64,000 bases of DNA from Macrostomum lignano (Eukaryota). This document shows positions 10,990-22,179 of the stretch, piece by piece; position 1 is the first letter of the stretch, and the number at the start of each line of letters is the position of its first letter. Both the position numbers and the translations under genes were made by a program. The DNA lies in assembly GCA_002269645.1 (NCBI GenBank), contig NIVC01001907.1, positions 158,931-222,930 of the forward strand, read 5' to 3'. Below the pieces are notes generated by a model. The model was not told the DNA's origin. It worked only from the letters and a program-made list of their open reading frames with translations, and did no database searches.

Positions 10990-13900
10990 ATGAGTAGTCT
11001 AGTCAGATGTTTTTCGCGCATTTTATTTTTCCAGCCTATCCTACGCGTTATCCGCGAGAACCCGAAGAAGTGCGCGGCCGGCGCCCTAGCGGCTGGGTGG
11101 CTGGCCAACTGGCTCTACACACGGCAGGCGGAGCGAGCCGAACTTCGCCAGCATTGTCGATGGGCGAAGGCGTTCGGCGATGCGCCCGTCAGCGGCCAGT
11201 GGCAGCAGACGGGCCAGCGTAGGCCGCAGTCACAGCAGCAACAGCAGCCGCGTCGGGTTACAGTGCTGTTTAATCCTAGGGCAGCTCAGAGCGCCTGGTT
11301 TGAGAAGGCTCTGTCGCCTATGCTGCATTTGGCTGGCTTTGAGGTTGGACTTTCATCTCTGGAGTTGGAGGGCTGGGATCTCTGGAGTTGGAGGACTGGG
11401 ATCTCTGGGGTTGGAGGGCTGGGATCTCTGGGGTTGGAGGACTGGGATCTCTGGAGTTGGAGGACTGGGATCTTTGGGGTTGGGTAGGCTGGGATCTTTG
11501 GGGTTGGGTAGGCTGAAATCTCTGGGGTTGGAGGGCTGGGATCTCTCGTATTGGAGGACTGGGATCTCTGGTGTTGAAGGGCTGGGATCTCTGGTTTTGG
11601 AGGGCTGGGATCTTTGGTGTTCGAGGGATGAGATCTCTGGGGTTGGAGGGCTGGGATCTTTGGAGTGGGTAGGCTGGGATCTCTGGGGTTGGAGACTGGG
11701 ATCTCTGGAGTTGGAGGACTGGGATCTTTGGGGTTGGGTAGGCTGGGATCTTTGGGGTTGGGTAGGCTGGGATCTTTGGGGTTGGGTAGGCTGAAATCTC
11801 TGGGGTTGGAGGGCTGGGATCTCTCGTATTGGAGGACTGGGATCTCTGGTGTTGAAGGGCTGGGATCTCTGGTTTTGGAGGGCTGGGATCTCTTGGGTTG
11901 GAGGGCTGGGATCTCTTGGGTTGGAGGGCTGGGATCTCTGCGGTTGGGTAGGCTGGGAGCTCTTGGGTTAGCGGTCTGATATCTAAAGTTTTGGACTTTT
12001 AATTTCCATTAAGGAATTCCAGGTCTGTAATAGTATAATTTCCTAGATATCTAAGGTGCGGGTTCAAATTTTCTGAAAAGGCCGCAGAGGTTCAAATTTG
12101 CTAGAAACTAAGAAATGATTCCAATTTCCTAGAAATTTAGTATTTTTTCTTGGAAAGCTCGAAGTTCTAATTTCCTAGAAACCAAGAGCTTCCAATTTCG
12201 TGGAAAATTGGGTGGGGGTTCCCATTTCCTAGAAAGTTAAAGATTTCAGTTTCCTAGAAACTCAGAGATTCCAATTTCCTAGAAACTCAAACATTCCAAT
12301 TTCCTACAAACTTAGAGATTCCAATTTCCCGGAAACTCAAAGATTCCAATTTCCTGGAAACTCAAAGATTCCAATTTCCTGGAAACTCAAAGATTCCAAT
12401 TTCCTGGAAACTCAAAGATTCCAATTTCCTGGAAACTCGAAGTTCTAATTTCCTAGAAACCAAGAGCTTCCAATTTCGTGGAAAATGGGGTGGGGGTTCC
12501 CATTTCCTAGAAAGTTAAAGATTTCAGTTTCCTAGAAACTCAGAGATTCCAATTTCCTAGAAACTCAAACATTCCAATTTCCTAGAAACTTATAGATTCC
12601 AATTTCCTGGAAACTCAAAGATTCCAATTTCCTGGAAACTCAAAGATTCCAATTTCCTGGAAACTCAAAGATTCCAATTTCCTGGAAACTTGGGGTAAAA
12701 ACATTGCGATCTATTGAAAATCTCCTAATCAGAATTCCTTAATCCGTGCTCCATCATTCACTTGTCGTCTGCCTGCTGCAGGTGCAACTAGTTGAAGGCG
12801 ACTCGGAGGACGAGAACAAAGGCTTCATGGAGGTGCTGGACCTCAACAGCACTGACGCTGTGCTGGTTGCAGGCGGCGATGGCACCCTGATGCAGGCGGT
12901 CACGGGTCTGCTCCGCCGGCCAGACTCTCGCCGAATTGCCGCTCGCCTGCCGGTTGCCGCCGCTCCGCTTGGCCGGCGCAGCGATTCGACGTCGACAGTG
13001 TCGACTGGCGTTGGCGGCGGCGCAAGTCCCGCCGAAGGCCTGCCGGAGGCTTGCCGGCGGACTGTGGAAGCCCTGCTGCAGGCGACTTCCGCAAATTTCA
13101 ATAATACTGCAACAACTACTAAGCGAATAGCTGCTGTTCGACCCATGCGAGTTCGAGTCAGACTAGGGGGCGATTCTGAGCTGCCGAGGGACACCTACTG
13201 CCTGACCGCGCTCGAGTGGTGCGTTTTGGCCATATTTATTGCATATGCAGCGTATTAAGATTCCTACACTCGTAGATAAGAGGTTAAAAATTGGAATTTG
13301 AGAATGGGAATTCAGATATTGGGATTTGAGAATGGGGATTTGGATATTGGCATTTGAGAATGGGGATTTGGATATTGGCATTTGAGAATGGGGATTTGGA
13401 TATTGGGATTTGATAATGGGGATTTGGATATTGGGATTTGATAATGGGGATTTAGATATTGTGATTTTAGAATTAGAATTCGGTTATTGGGATTTGAGAA
13501 TGGGGATTTGGATATTGGGATTTAAGAATGGGGGATCTGATATTGGGATTTCAGAATGGAGATTTGGATATTGGCATCTGAGAATGGGGAATCGGATATT
13601 GGGATTTAAGAATTGGGATTTTAATTTTTTGGGATTTTAGAATGGGATTCAGATATTAAGATATTAAAATGGGGAATCGGATTTTGGGATTTGGAAATGA
13701 GGATTCGGATATTGGGATTTCAGAATGGGGATTCGGATATTGGGATTTGAGCTTAGAGATTCGGATATTGGGATTTGAGCTTGGAGATTGGGATATTGGG
13801 ATTTGAGCTTGGGGATTCGGATATTGGGATTTGAGCTTGGAGATTCGGATATTGGGATTTGAGCTTGGAGATTCGGATATTGGGATTTGTGCTTGGAGAT

Positions 13901-16900
13901 TCGGATATTGGGATTTGAGCTTGGAGATTCGGATATTGGGATTTGAGCTTGGAGATTCGGAAATTGGGATTTGAGCTTGGAGATTCGGATATTGGGATTT
14001 GAGCTTGGAGATTCGGATATTGGGATTTTACAATGGGAACTGAAAGATGGACAATTATTGGTACGAGCGTATTAGGAGTTTTGGATTTAAAAATAAATAA
14101 GGATTTGTACACTGTGGATTAACTCAATGGCAGGTCCAGTCTTAGACAGCGCGAGCGCGCCACCGAAGCCTCAGCCATTCGGCGCAACCTGCCTACAGTG
14201 GCGCAGCGCTGTCTGCACTGGCTGGCCGAGACCGCCTCGCCTTCGGCCGCTGCCGCCGTCCCAGTCGGCTGCGTCATTGACTGGACGCCGGCTTGTCCCG
14301 GTTGCGCCCGCTGCGTGGCTCCCGCCCCGGCACGCAGTCTGAGCAGCCGCCTGCTCAGCGTCAGCCAGCGACCCTCGCCAGCACAGCAGCAGCAGCAGCT
14401 GGCGACCGCCTCCGTCAACCCGACTGCGGCCAGTGGCGTCAACTGGAAGTACCGGCGACTTTGGGGATTCGTCTAAGCCCAACGCCTACCGGCACTGCCG
14501 GGGGCGTACTGCTGCAGGTTGGCGTTGCGGGCTGCGGTTTGGGGATCTGGGATATTGGGTCCGTTATTGTCCAGAAACTGGCATTTTTAATTTAGGATTT
14601 GGGATTTAGGATTTCAGATCTAGGACCTGGGATCTAGGATCTGGGATCTAGGATCTGGGATCTAGGATCTGGGATCTAGGATCTGGGATCTAGGATCTGG
14701 GATCTAGGATCTGGGATCTAGGATCTGGGATCTAGGATCTGGGATCTAGGATCTGGGATCTAGGATCTGGGATCTAGGATCTGGGATCTAGGATCTGGGA
14801 TCTAGGATCTGGGATCTAGGATCTGGGATCTAGGATCTGGGATCTAGGATCTGGGATCTAGGATCTGGGATCTAGGATCTGGGATCTAGGATCTGGGATC
14901 TAGGATCTGGGATCTAGGATCTGGGATCTAGGATCTGGGATCTAGGATCTGGGATCTAGGATCTGGGATCTAGGATCTGGGATCTAGGATCTGGGATCTA
15001 GGATCTGGGATCTAGGATCTGGGATCTAGGATCTGGGATCTAGGATCTGGGATCTAGGATCTGGGATCTAGGATCTGGGATCTAGGATCTGGGATCTAGG
15101 ATCTGGGATCTAGGATCTGGGATCTAGGATCTGGGATCTAGGATCTGGGATCTAGGATCTGGGATCTAGGATCTGGGATCTAGGATCTGGGATCTAGGAT
15201 CTGGGATCTAGGATCTGGGATCTAGGATCTGGGATCTAGGATCTGGGATCTAGGATCTGGGATCTAGGATCTGGGATCTAGGATCTGGGATCTAGGATCT
15301 GGGATCTAGGATCTGGGATCTAGGATCTGGATCTAGGATCTGGGATCTAGGATCTAGGATCTAGGATCTAGGATCTGGATCTAGGATCTGGGATCTAGGA
15401 TCTAGGATCTGGATCTGGATCTAGGATCTGGGATCTAGGATCTAGGATCTGGGATCTAGGATCTGGGATCTAGGATCTGGGATCTAGGATCTAGGATCTA
15501 GGATCTGGGATCTAGGATCTGGGATCTAGGATCTAGGATCTGGGATCTGGGATCTAGGATCTGGGATCTAGGATCTGGGATCTAGGATCTGGGATCTAGG
15601 ATCTGGGATCTAGGATCTGTGATCTAGGATCTGTGATCTAGGATCTGGGATCTAGGATCTAGGATCTAGGATCTAGGATCTAGGAGTAGTAATAGAAAAT
15701 TACGTCCATACCTCACTTTTCAATTGCAAAACACGTAATAAGGTACCCGTCAGAAATTTTATTACGCACATACCCTATTTTTCTGTTAAAAATCAAGTAG
15801 TAAGGTACCGAACCAAAGGGTAGGGTATTCTACAGGAATTGTAACTACACTGCACCGCACCCACAAAGAATCCAAAAGAAGAAAAGATCTCAATTTCGAT
15901 CAACCAACCAACCAACTTGTCCAAAAACGCACTTTCGGTATATTTCTGCATTACAAGAACAGAGGCAACACATGTGCTGCAAAGCGTCGTAGGCAAAAAT
16001 ACGTGCGCCGAAATTCATTTCCTTCGACGAGACCCACAACCAAGAATACGCGTTAAAAAGAATCGAAGGCCACCACCACCAGTCAGTTTGAAATACAAAT
16101 AAAACAACACCCAAATACCACAATGACCAGTCCGAGGATCCTGAATAGCAAATCGGCTGTAGGACCAATTTTGAAAATCCCCACATTCTCGCCTCAACCA
16201 CCGTCTAATATTTTCCGATGGATTTAAACCAAGCGTATCAAAATATTCCCCGACTCTTCGTCCACGGCGCCCCCTAACCCGCCTGCTACTCACCCAAACT
16301 ACAACCCAATGCCTACCAGGAAGATTCGAAGTGTCTGTATTCGCCACAAAGAAATAGTCTTTATCATCTAAAGGTTGCAGCTGCCGCCAACGCGAAACCC
16401 TCTGCTGACTAGGTAGAACGAACCCCCCTTCTCGCTCCCTTTACGTTGGTGGCTCCCAACTCGATCCACCCCTTCCTCTCAACCAACCCTGACCCTCCCT
16501 AATCCACCACATGAGATCTCAGTCGTCCCTATGAGTAATTTTGCTGAATATAAGATCCTACCGACAGCAGTCCGGAAAATTTTCTAGTCTTGTCTAAACG
16601 CATTCACTCACTACGAATATGGACAAATCCGCGCAAAAGAAGGAACTAGCTGAGCGATATGTGAGAGATGGTAAGCATTGGGCTTTTTGTTTATTCAGAG
16701 GCTAATGAGGTAGTAATGGGCTGCGTCTTCTCTCTTTGCAGCGTTCAAGAACGGGGTCTTTGCGCGGCCGCCGCCGGGATATATATGTACCCCGAGCATG
16801 TCACGGCTTGCGAAGGTAAATACGCCCTGGCTGTACAAGCCCTAGGTGCTGGCTGCTTCCGTTTCTTCTTCAGGGAGAAGGAGTCGGGAAGAGTCACTAC

Positions 16901-18202
16901 GGTTGACTACTGCGATTTGACTGCGGACGCCTGACTGTGCAATGGAACGAAGCTCGTAAATAATTTGGTATTATTAGTATTGTAATTATTTATCCACTAT
17001 TCGTTAGGGAATTTTAAAGTTATTTAAAAGACTGTCAAATCGCATTTTTGCGTTCATTTGCATCAAGAAATTAACGTCATGAATTAACTAATCGTGTATC
17101 TCATCTGTTAAAATATATAGACATGTCAACTTGATTCGACCGAAAGACTGTTTCTTACTACGATGGTTCAGTTTATTATTGTGCATGGCCGTCAGTACCG
17201 AACTCAGGCGGATCTTGTCACAGCAACACTTACAATTACCTGGTTTTTTGGATTTGATCGGTTTCTCGATCGGTGACTGAGAGTTAAAAACTGCATATTT
17301 CTTTTGGCGTATTATATTTTAGTCAAGTTGTATTCAAGTATACTTAGTTTCGTAAGTCTCAATGGTCTTTTCTCGAAAATGAAAAAATTGGGGTCTTGAA
17401 TGACTCCTGTTACAAAAAAGGCTGGGCGCAGCACGTGGCTTATTTACTGCCTGTGTCCTGTTCTGAGCTGGGTTTTGCTTGCAGAGGGATTGTGGCACAA
17501 TTTTGACTTCTGCAATTTATTAAGATCTTTTCTTTTGTTCTTTGTGGGTGTGTGTTTCCTCTATTCTTGTAATGCAGAAATAGCTGTCGTTTTTCAGCAA
17601 CTTGGTTGATCGGTGTTGTTGGGGTCTTTTCTTTCTCGTTCTTTGTGGGTGCGGTGCAGTGTAGTTGGAATTCCCGTAGAATACCCTACCATTTGGTTCG
17701 GTACCTTACTACTTGATTTTTAATACAAAAATAAGGTATGTGCGTAATAAAATTTCTGACGGGTACCTTATTACGTGTTTTGCAATTGAAAAGTGGGGTA
17801 TGGACGTAATTTTCTATTACTACTTCTAGGGACTGAGATCTGGGATCTCAGAAGCGAAGGCTGCCCGCAACATTTCATTGCCAGGTGCTCCCAGCTCGCC
17901 TATCAGGCGGCCAGCTGTGGCGGGCCATCGGCACCAGACTGTCTGGTGGCGACTCTTCCACTGCCGCAGCTCGAATCGATCAGTTCTACACTGACTGCTC
18001 TGAGACTCAACTACTGGCTGGCGGCGTCTCCGTCCGCCTGTTGCGCAACAATGAGGCCGCCGCGTCGGCCCAGCAGCCTACGCCGGAAGAGCTGGAGAAG
18101 CAAAAGAAGAAAGAGACGCCTTATTTTCTTGATAACGAACTGTTTGACCCGGTGGACGTTCAGGTCAGCCTTAGCGAGGTGCCGCTGCTGCTGTGCGCTT
18201 GA
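10990..18202 (+). CDS. AGK: Acylglycerol kinase (mitochondrial, DAGK-catalytic family), with an apparent 1-nt frameshift in exon 3
   Basis: Exons 10990-11343, 12782-13218, 14134-14517 and 17885-18202. N-terminal membrane anchor (RENPKKCAAGALAAGWLANWLY), VTVLFNPRA, SPMLHLAG, VLVAGGDGTLMQAVTGLLRR, C-terminal FLDNELFDPVDVQV. Summed exons are 1493 nt, one short of a multiple of 3. Confidence 0.88.
11350..11975. repeat. G-rich minisatellite of about 19-20 bp in AGK intron 1 (GGAGGGCTGGGATCTCTGGGGTT)
   Basis: Begins right after the donor at 11344. Confidence 0.95.
12100..12690. repeat. 25-bp minisatellite (TTCCTGGAAACTCAAAGATTCCAAT) in AGK intron 1
   Basis: Tandem units with a larger block duplication. 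Confidence 0.9.
13290..14030. repeat. 28-bp minisatellite (GGGATTTGAGCTTGGAGATTCGGATATT) in AGK intron 2
   Basis: Tandem units, degenerate at the 5' side and homogeneous at the 3' side. Confidence 0.9.
14600..15684. repeat. 14-bp (2x7) homogeneous array (GGGATCTAGGATCT)n in AGK intron 3
   Basis: About 1.08 kb, near-perfect, ending at the Polinton insertion site. Confidence 0.97.
16015..16440 (-). pseudogene. Polinton adenovirus-type cysteine protease (C5/adenain-like) fragment
   Basis: FFVANTDTSNLPGRHWVVVW...GEYFDTLG...IQDPRTGHCGIWVLFYL retains the catalytic His, Asp, oxyanion Gln and Cys. Frame is open 16440-16015 but has no ATG (in-frame TAA at 16443-16441). Confidence 0.85.
16619..16906 (+). 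CDS. Putative 52-aa three-exon microprotein inside the mini-Polinton
   Basis: Exons 16619-16670, 16742-16815 and 16874-16906; introns GTAAGC...CTCTTTGCAG (71 nt) and GTAAAT...TTCTTCAG (58 nt) are in phase. Product MDKSAQKKELAERYVRDAFKNGVFARPPPGYICTPSMSRLAKGEGVGKSHYG. Confidence 0.45.
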
Positions 18203-18408
18203 CGTTTTGGCAGGTTGAACTTTTAGCAGTGTTTAGAAAAGTGATTTGCTAGCAAAATATATTGGTTTCGAGTTGCTGGATTTCTTTGTTAAATGACTGG
18301 CATTTCTTACTAATCGCGTCTTTATGTTCGGTTCATTTGCAAATTTTATTTAGGCTTTTATTTGTCACGTTGCTTCACCTTTCACTTGCGTGAAATAAAC
18401 TAATTGTG

Positions 18409-18885
18409 CTCTCCGTGTGTCCTTAAATCCGCCTCTCTCCGCTCTCCCTGAGCAGTCCTTGAATCCGTCTCTCCGCTCTCCCTGAGCAGTCCTTGAATCT
18501 GCCTCTGCGCTCCCATGAGCAGTCCTTGAATCCGCCTCTCTCCGCTCTCCCTGAGCAGTCCTTGAATCTGTCTCTCTCCGCTCTCCCTGAGCAGTCCTTG
18601 AATCTGCCTCTGCGCTCCCATGAGCAGTCCTTGAATCCGTCTCTCTCTGCTCTCCATGAGCAGTCCTTGAATCCGCCTCTCTCCGCTCTCCCTGAGCAGT
18701 CCTTGAATCCGCCTCTCTCCGCTCTCCATGAGCAGTCCTTGAATCCGTCTCTCCGCTCTCCCTGAGCAGTCCTTGAATCCGTCTCTCCGCTCTCCCTGAG
18801 CAGTCCTTGAATCCGCCTCTCTCCGCTCTCCCTGAGCAGTCCTTGAATCCGTCTCTCTCCGCTCTCCCTGAGCAGTCCTTGAACC
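18409..18885. repeat. 34-36-bp minisatellite (CTCCGCTCTCCCTGAGCAGTCCTTGAATCCG)
   Basis: Tandem units between AGK and the ASB-like gene. Confidence 0.95.
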
Positions 18886-19308
18886 CGCCTCTTACCGCCC
18901 TCCTTTTATAAGCCATAAGGTCTGTCACCTATTATTCGATTAGCCATTTTCGTTACTAACTTGTTCAACATTTTCCGCAGCTACTGCAGTTCCAGTGGTA
19001 CTCCGGCCTCCATTTAACTTTTTATTTTTCGCTAACATTTCAGCATTGTGTTTGCAAAGACGCGCCTGCGGCTAGAGGGGGTCAGACAGAGCGAGCGCGA
19101 TAGTAAAGCGGGGGCGGCTTGTAGGGTTGGATACAGCAGCGTTTCTAGCATATTTTAATTTAGCTTTTTTTTAGATCCGTGCTACTTATAGGGGCAGTTA
19201 AGGGTTTTTAAAAAGATATTTTTGCCAAAATGCTTCAAAAATATATTCACACTGCTATTAGCGGTAGTACAAGTAAATCAATGGAAGAATTTTGAATATT
19301 GCAAACAA

Positions 19309-20943
19309 ATGATGCTCTTATTGACTGCCGCCCATCGCGAGGCTGAGGCCGCCCGCTGGCTTGGTCACGTGCGCGCTGGCCGCCTCTCAGCCGTGGCGCG
19401 CAGCCTCGGCGCCGGCGATCTCGGCGTCGACACGCGCGCCGGCCCAAACGGCAACACCGGCCTGCACGAGGCCTGCGCAGCCGGTTGCTTCGAGGTTGCC
19501 GCCTTTCTGATTGGCCGTGGCGCCAAGTTGGACGCCGCTAACGATTGGGGCTCCACGCCGCTGCACATGGCAGTGGGATCGGGACATCTGGCACTGGTGC
19601 GCTTGCTGATTGAGCGGGGCGCCTGTCTGGATCGGGTGGACAGGTGAGGCTTGAGGTGGTGGGCAGGTGAGGCTTGAGGTGGTGGGCAGGTGAGGCTTGA
19701 GGTGGTGGGCAGGTGAGGCTTGAGGTGGTGGGCAGGTGAGGCTTGAGGTGGTGGGCAGGTGAGGCTTGAGGTGGTGGGCAGGTGAGGCTTGAGGTGGTGG
19801 GCAGGTGAGGCTTGAGGTGGTGGGCAGGTGAGGCTTGAGGTGGTGGGCAGGTGAGGCTTGAGGTGGTGGGCAGGTGAGGCTTGAGGTGGTGGGCAGGTGA
19901 GGCTTGAGGTGGTGGGCAGGTGAGGCTTGAGGTGGTGGGCAGGTGAGGCTTGAGGTGGTGGGCAGGTGAGGCTTGAGGTGGTGGGCAGGTGAGGCTTGAG
20001 GTGGTGGGCAGGTGAGGCTTGAGGTGGTGGGCAGGTGAGGCTTGAGGTGGTGGGCAGGTGAGGCTTGAGGTGGTGGGCAGGTGAGGCTTGAGGTGGTGGG
20101 CAGGTGAGGCTTGAGGTGGTGGGCTTAGGAGCGGACAGGTGAGGCCTAGGAGCGGACAGTTGAGGCTTAGGAGCGGACAGGTGAGGCCTAGGAGCGGACA
20201 GGTGAGGCTTAGGAGCGGACAGGTGAGGCTTAGGAGCGGACAGGTGAGGCTTAGGGGCGGACAGGTGAGGCTTGGGGCAGGTCATTTGCCAAACCGGGCG
20301 ATTATTATTGATATTTCTAAGAAATGTTTTTGACGGCTAGAGTTTTTCAGTAAAAGTACATCACCAAAAAACTGCACAAAAAAACCATACGGTCGTTAAA
20401 GAAATTGGATCAAAAGTGTTCTTTGCCACTGACAGCGGCAGTGTAAGCGTATTGATGGAATAATTTGTAGTGGGCTATAAAAACATGCCATAGCCCTTTC
20501 CTCCGCTGCTGGATTCCCACAGCCGGTTGGGCTCGCCGCTGCACTATGCGTCCGCGCACAACCAGCCGGAGGCGGCCATCCTGCTGGCCAGCGCCGGCGC
20601 CGATCTGGAGGCCCGCTGCCGCTGCCGCTGCGGTCCAGCCGCCGAAACGCCGCTGGCGGTTGCCTGCTCTCGCGGCCACTGCCGAGTTGCCGAAGTTCTG
20701 CTCGCTTTCGGCGCCGCTCCGCCTCGGCCGATGTCGACTGGCCAAGCGCCTCTGGCCGCGTGGACGGCCGCCACGGCTGCGGGGCAGCGGCCGGAGCAGC
20801 TGACTGCGTTGGCCAGGCGAGCCGTCTGGCGCCGACTGCGGCAGCTCGGCCCGACAGCGGCCAGGCAGACCGCTAATTGGCTGCCCTGCAGGCTGCGCGA
20901 CTTCCTCTGCCTGGGACTGCCGGCCTGGCCTTGGCCGGAGTAG
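19309..20943 (+). CDS. Ankyrin repeat and SOCS box (ASB-like) protein, 251 aa
   Basis: Exons 19309-19643 and 20523-20943 (phase 2). Ankyrin motifs GNTGLHEAC, GSTPLHMAV, GSPLHYAS, ETPLAVAC; C-terminal PEQLTALARRAVWRRL...LPCRLRDFL fits the SOCS-box consensus. Confidence 0.85.
19641..20283 (+). repeat. 23-bp then 21-bp minisatellite built around the intron's own donor CAG/GTGAGG
   Basis: Unit CAGGTGAGGCTTGAGGTGGTGGG about 21 times, then CAGGTGAGGCTTAGGAGCGGA-type units. Confidence 0.97.
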
Positions 20944-20944
20944 C

Positions 20945-21400
20945 TGGGTGTTGTCTGGCCTGTGCTCAGCTGCTGTCTGGCCTGTACTCAGCTGCTGTCT
21001 GGCCTGTGCTCAGCTGCTGTCTGGCCTGTACTCAGCTGCTGTCTGGCCTGTGCTCAGCTGCTGTCTGGCTTGTGCTCAGCTGCTGTCTGGCCTGTGCTCA
21101 GCTGCTGTCTGGCCTGTGCTCAGCTGCTGTCTGGCCTGTACTCAGCTGCTGTCTGGCCTGTGCTCAGCTGCTTATGTTTAATGTCTATTCTTATATCTTT
21201 AATCTACTCAGCTACTCTCTAATCTACCCAGCTACCTTCTAATCTACTCAGCTACTCTCTAATCTACCCAGCTACCTTCTAATCTACCCAGCTACCTTCT
21301 AATCTACTCAGCTACTCTCTAATCTACTCAGCTACTCTCTAATCTACCCAGCTACCTTCTAATCTACCCAGCTACATTCTAATCTACCCAGCTACCCTCA
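20945..21400. repeat. Two adjacent minisatellites (22-bp TCAGCTGCTGTCTGGCCTGTGC; 21-bp CTAATCTACCCAGCTACCTTC)
   Basis: First array starts at the ASB stop codon; second spans about 21200-21400. Confidence 0.9.
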
Positions 21401-22179
21401 ACTTTTCTACCTTTTATGCTGTATCTACCGCTCCCCAACCAGCCAAAATGAATGCTATCAATCTACCAGTTCATCTGTTGCTTACTAAAAGTTACCCAGT
21501 GCACTTATTTGGATCGGTCACGCCCACAAGCCTTGCATCATCTGTATAGACATGCAGCCATCAATCAGATTTTTTATATTATTTAATGTTTTGTATGTAG
21601 TATCTTAGCTTACTTTGTTTTTAGCTGGTAATCATCGGCTTTCTGATTTATTTTTTAAATTTTCAAATTGTTTTTGTCACATACTTGCGACGACCGGGTG
21701 TCATCTAGACAGAATTGCTGCAGATCTACCCTGTCAGTAGCTTTCTTTGCTATTCTCTGTTTTACCATTTAGATTTCTATATATAGAATATAGATAGAGA
21801 TTTATCCTTATCTGAAGCCTATATGCATATTGTGCCTTCTTTTTTCAATGCTCTAGTTTTTTCCCCTAATCGGTTTACTTTTTGACTTGACGACCTTTTT
21901 TTTACAATCAATTTTTGTTGTTTTTTGGGATGATTTTGTACCCTGTGCTCAAGATGATGCTGCCACATACTAGAGTTCGTGTGCTAACTGCTGATAATTT
22001 GGAATTTTTTTTGCCTTCCTAGCTCCTCAAAAAGCTGTTTAATAACCTTGAATTACTACTGCCCTTTTATATCAGTAGCTATGTATGTATTTTGATTGTA
22101 AGTTTGTACCCACTTGTTATCATAAGTTTTTCTTTACTAACAGTAGTAGCTGAAAGTGAATACAGAATACGCATTGTAA

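Larger units (their letters stand above)
15685..17824. mobile_element. Non-autonomous Polinton/Maverick derivative (2140 bp)
   Basis: Both ends read 5'-AGTAGTAATAGAAAATTACGTCCATACC. Imperfect TIRs of about 280 bp (15685-15970 and 17549-17824). 6-bp TSD TCTAGG at 15679-15684 and 17825-17830. Internal adenain-like protease remnant. Confidence 0.92.
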
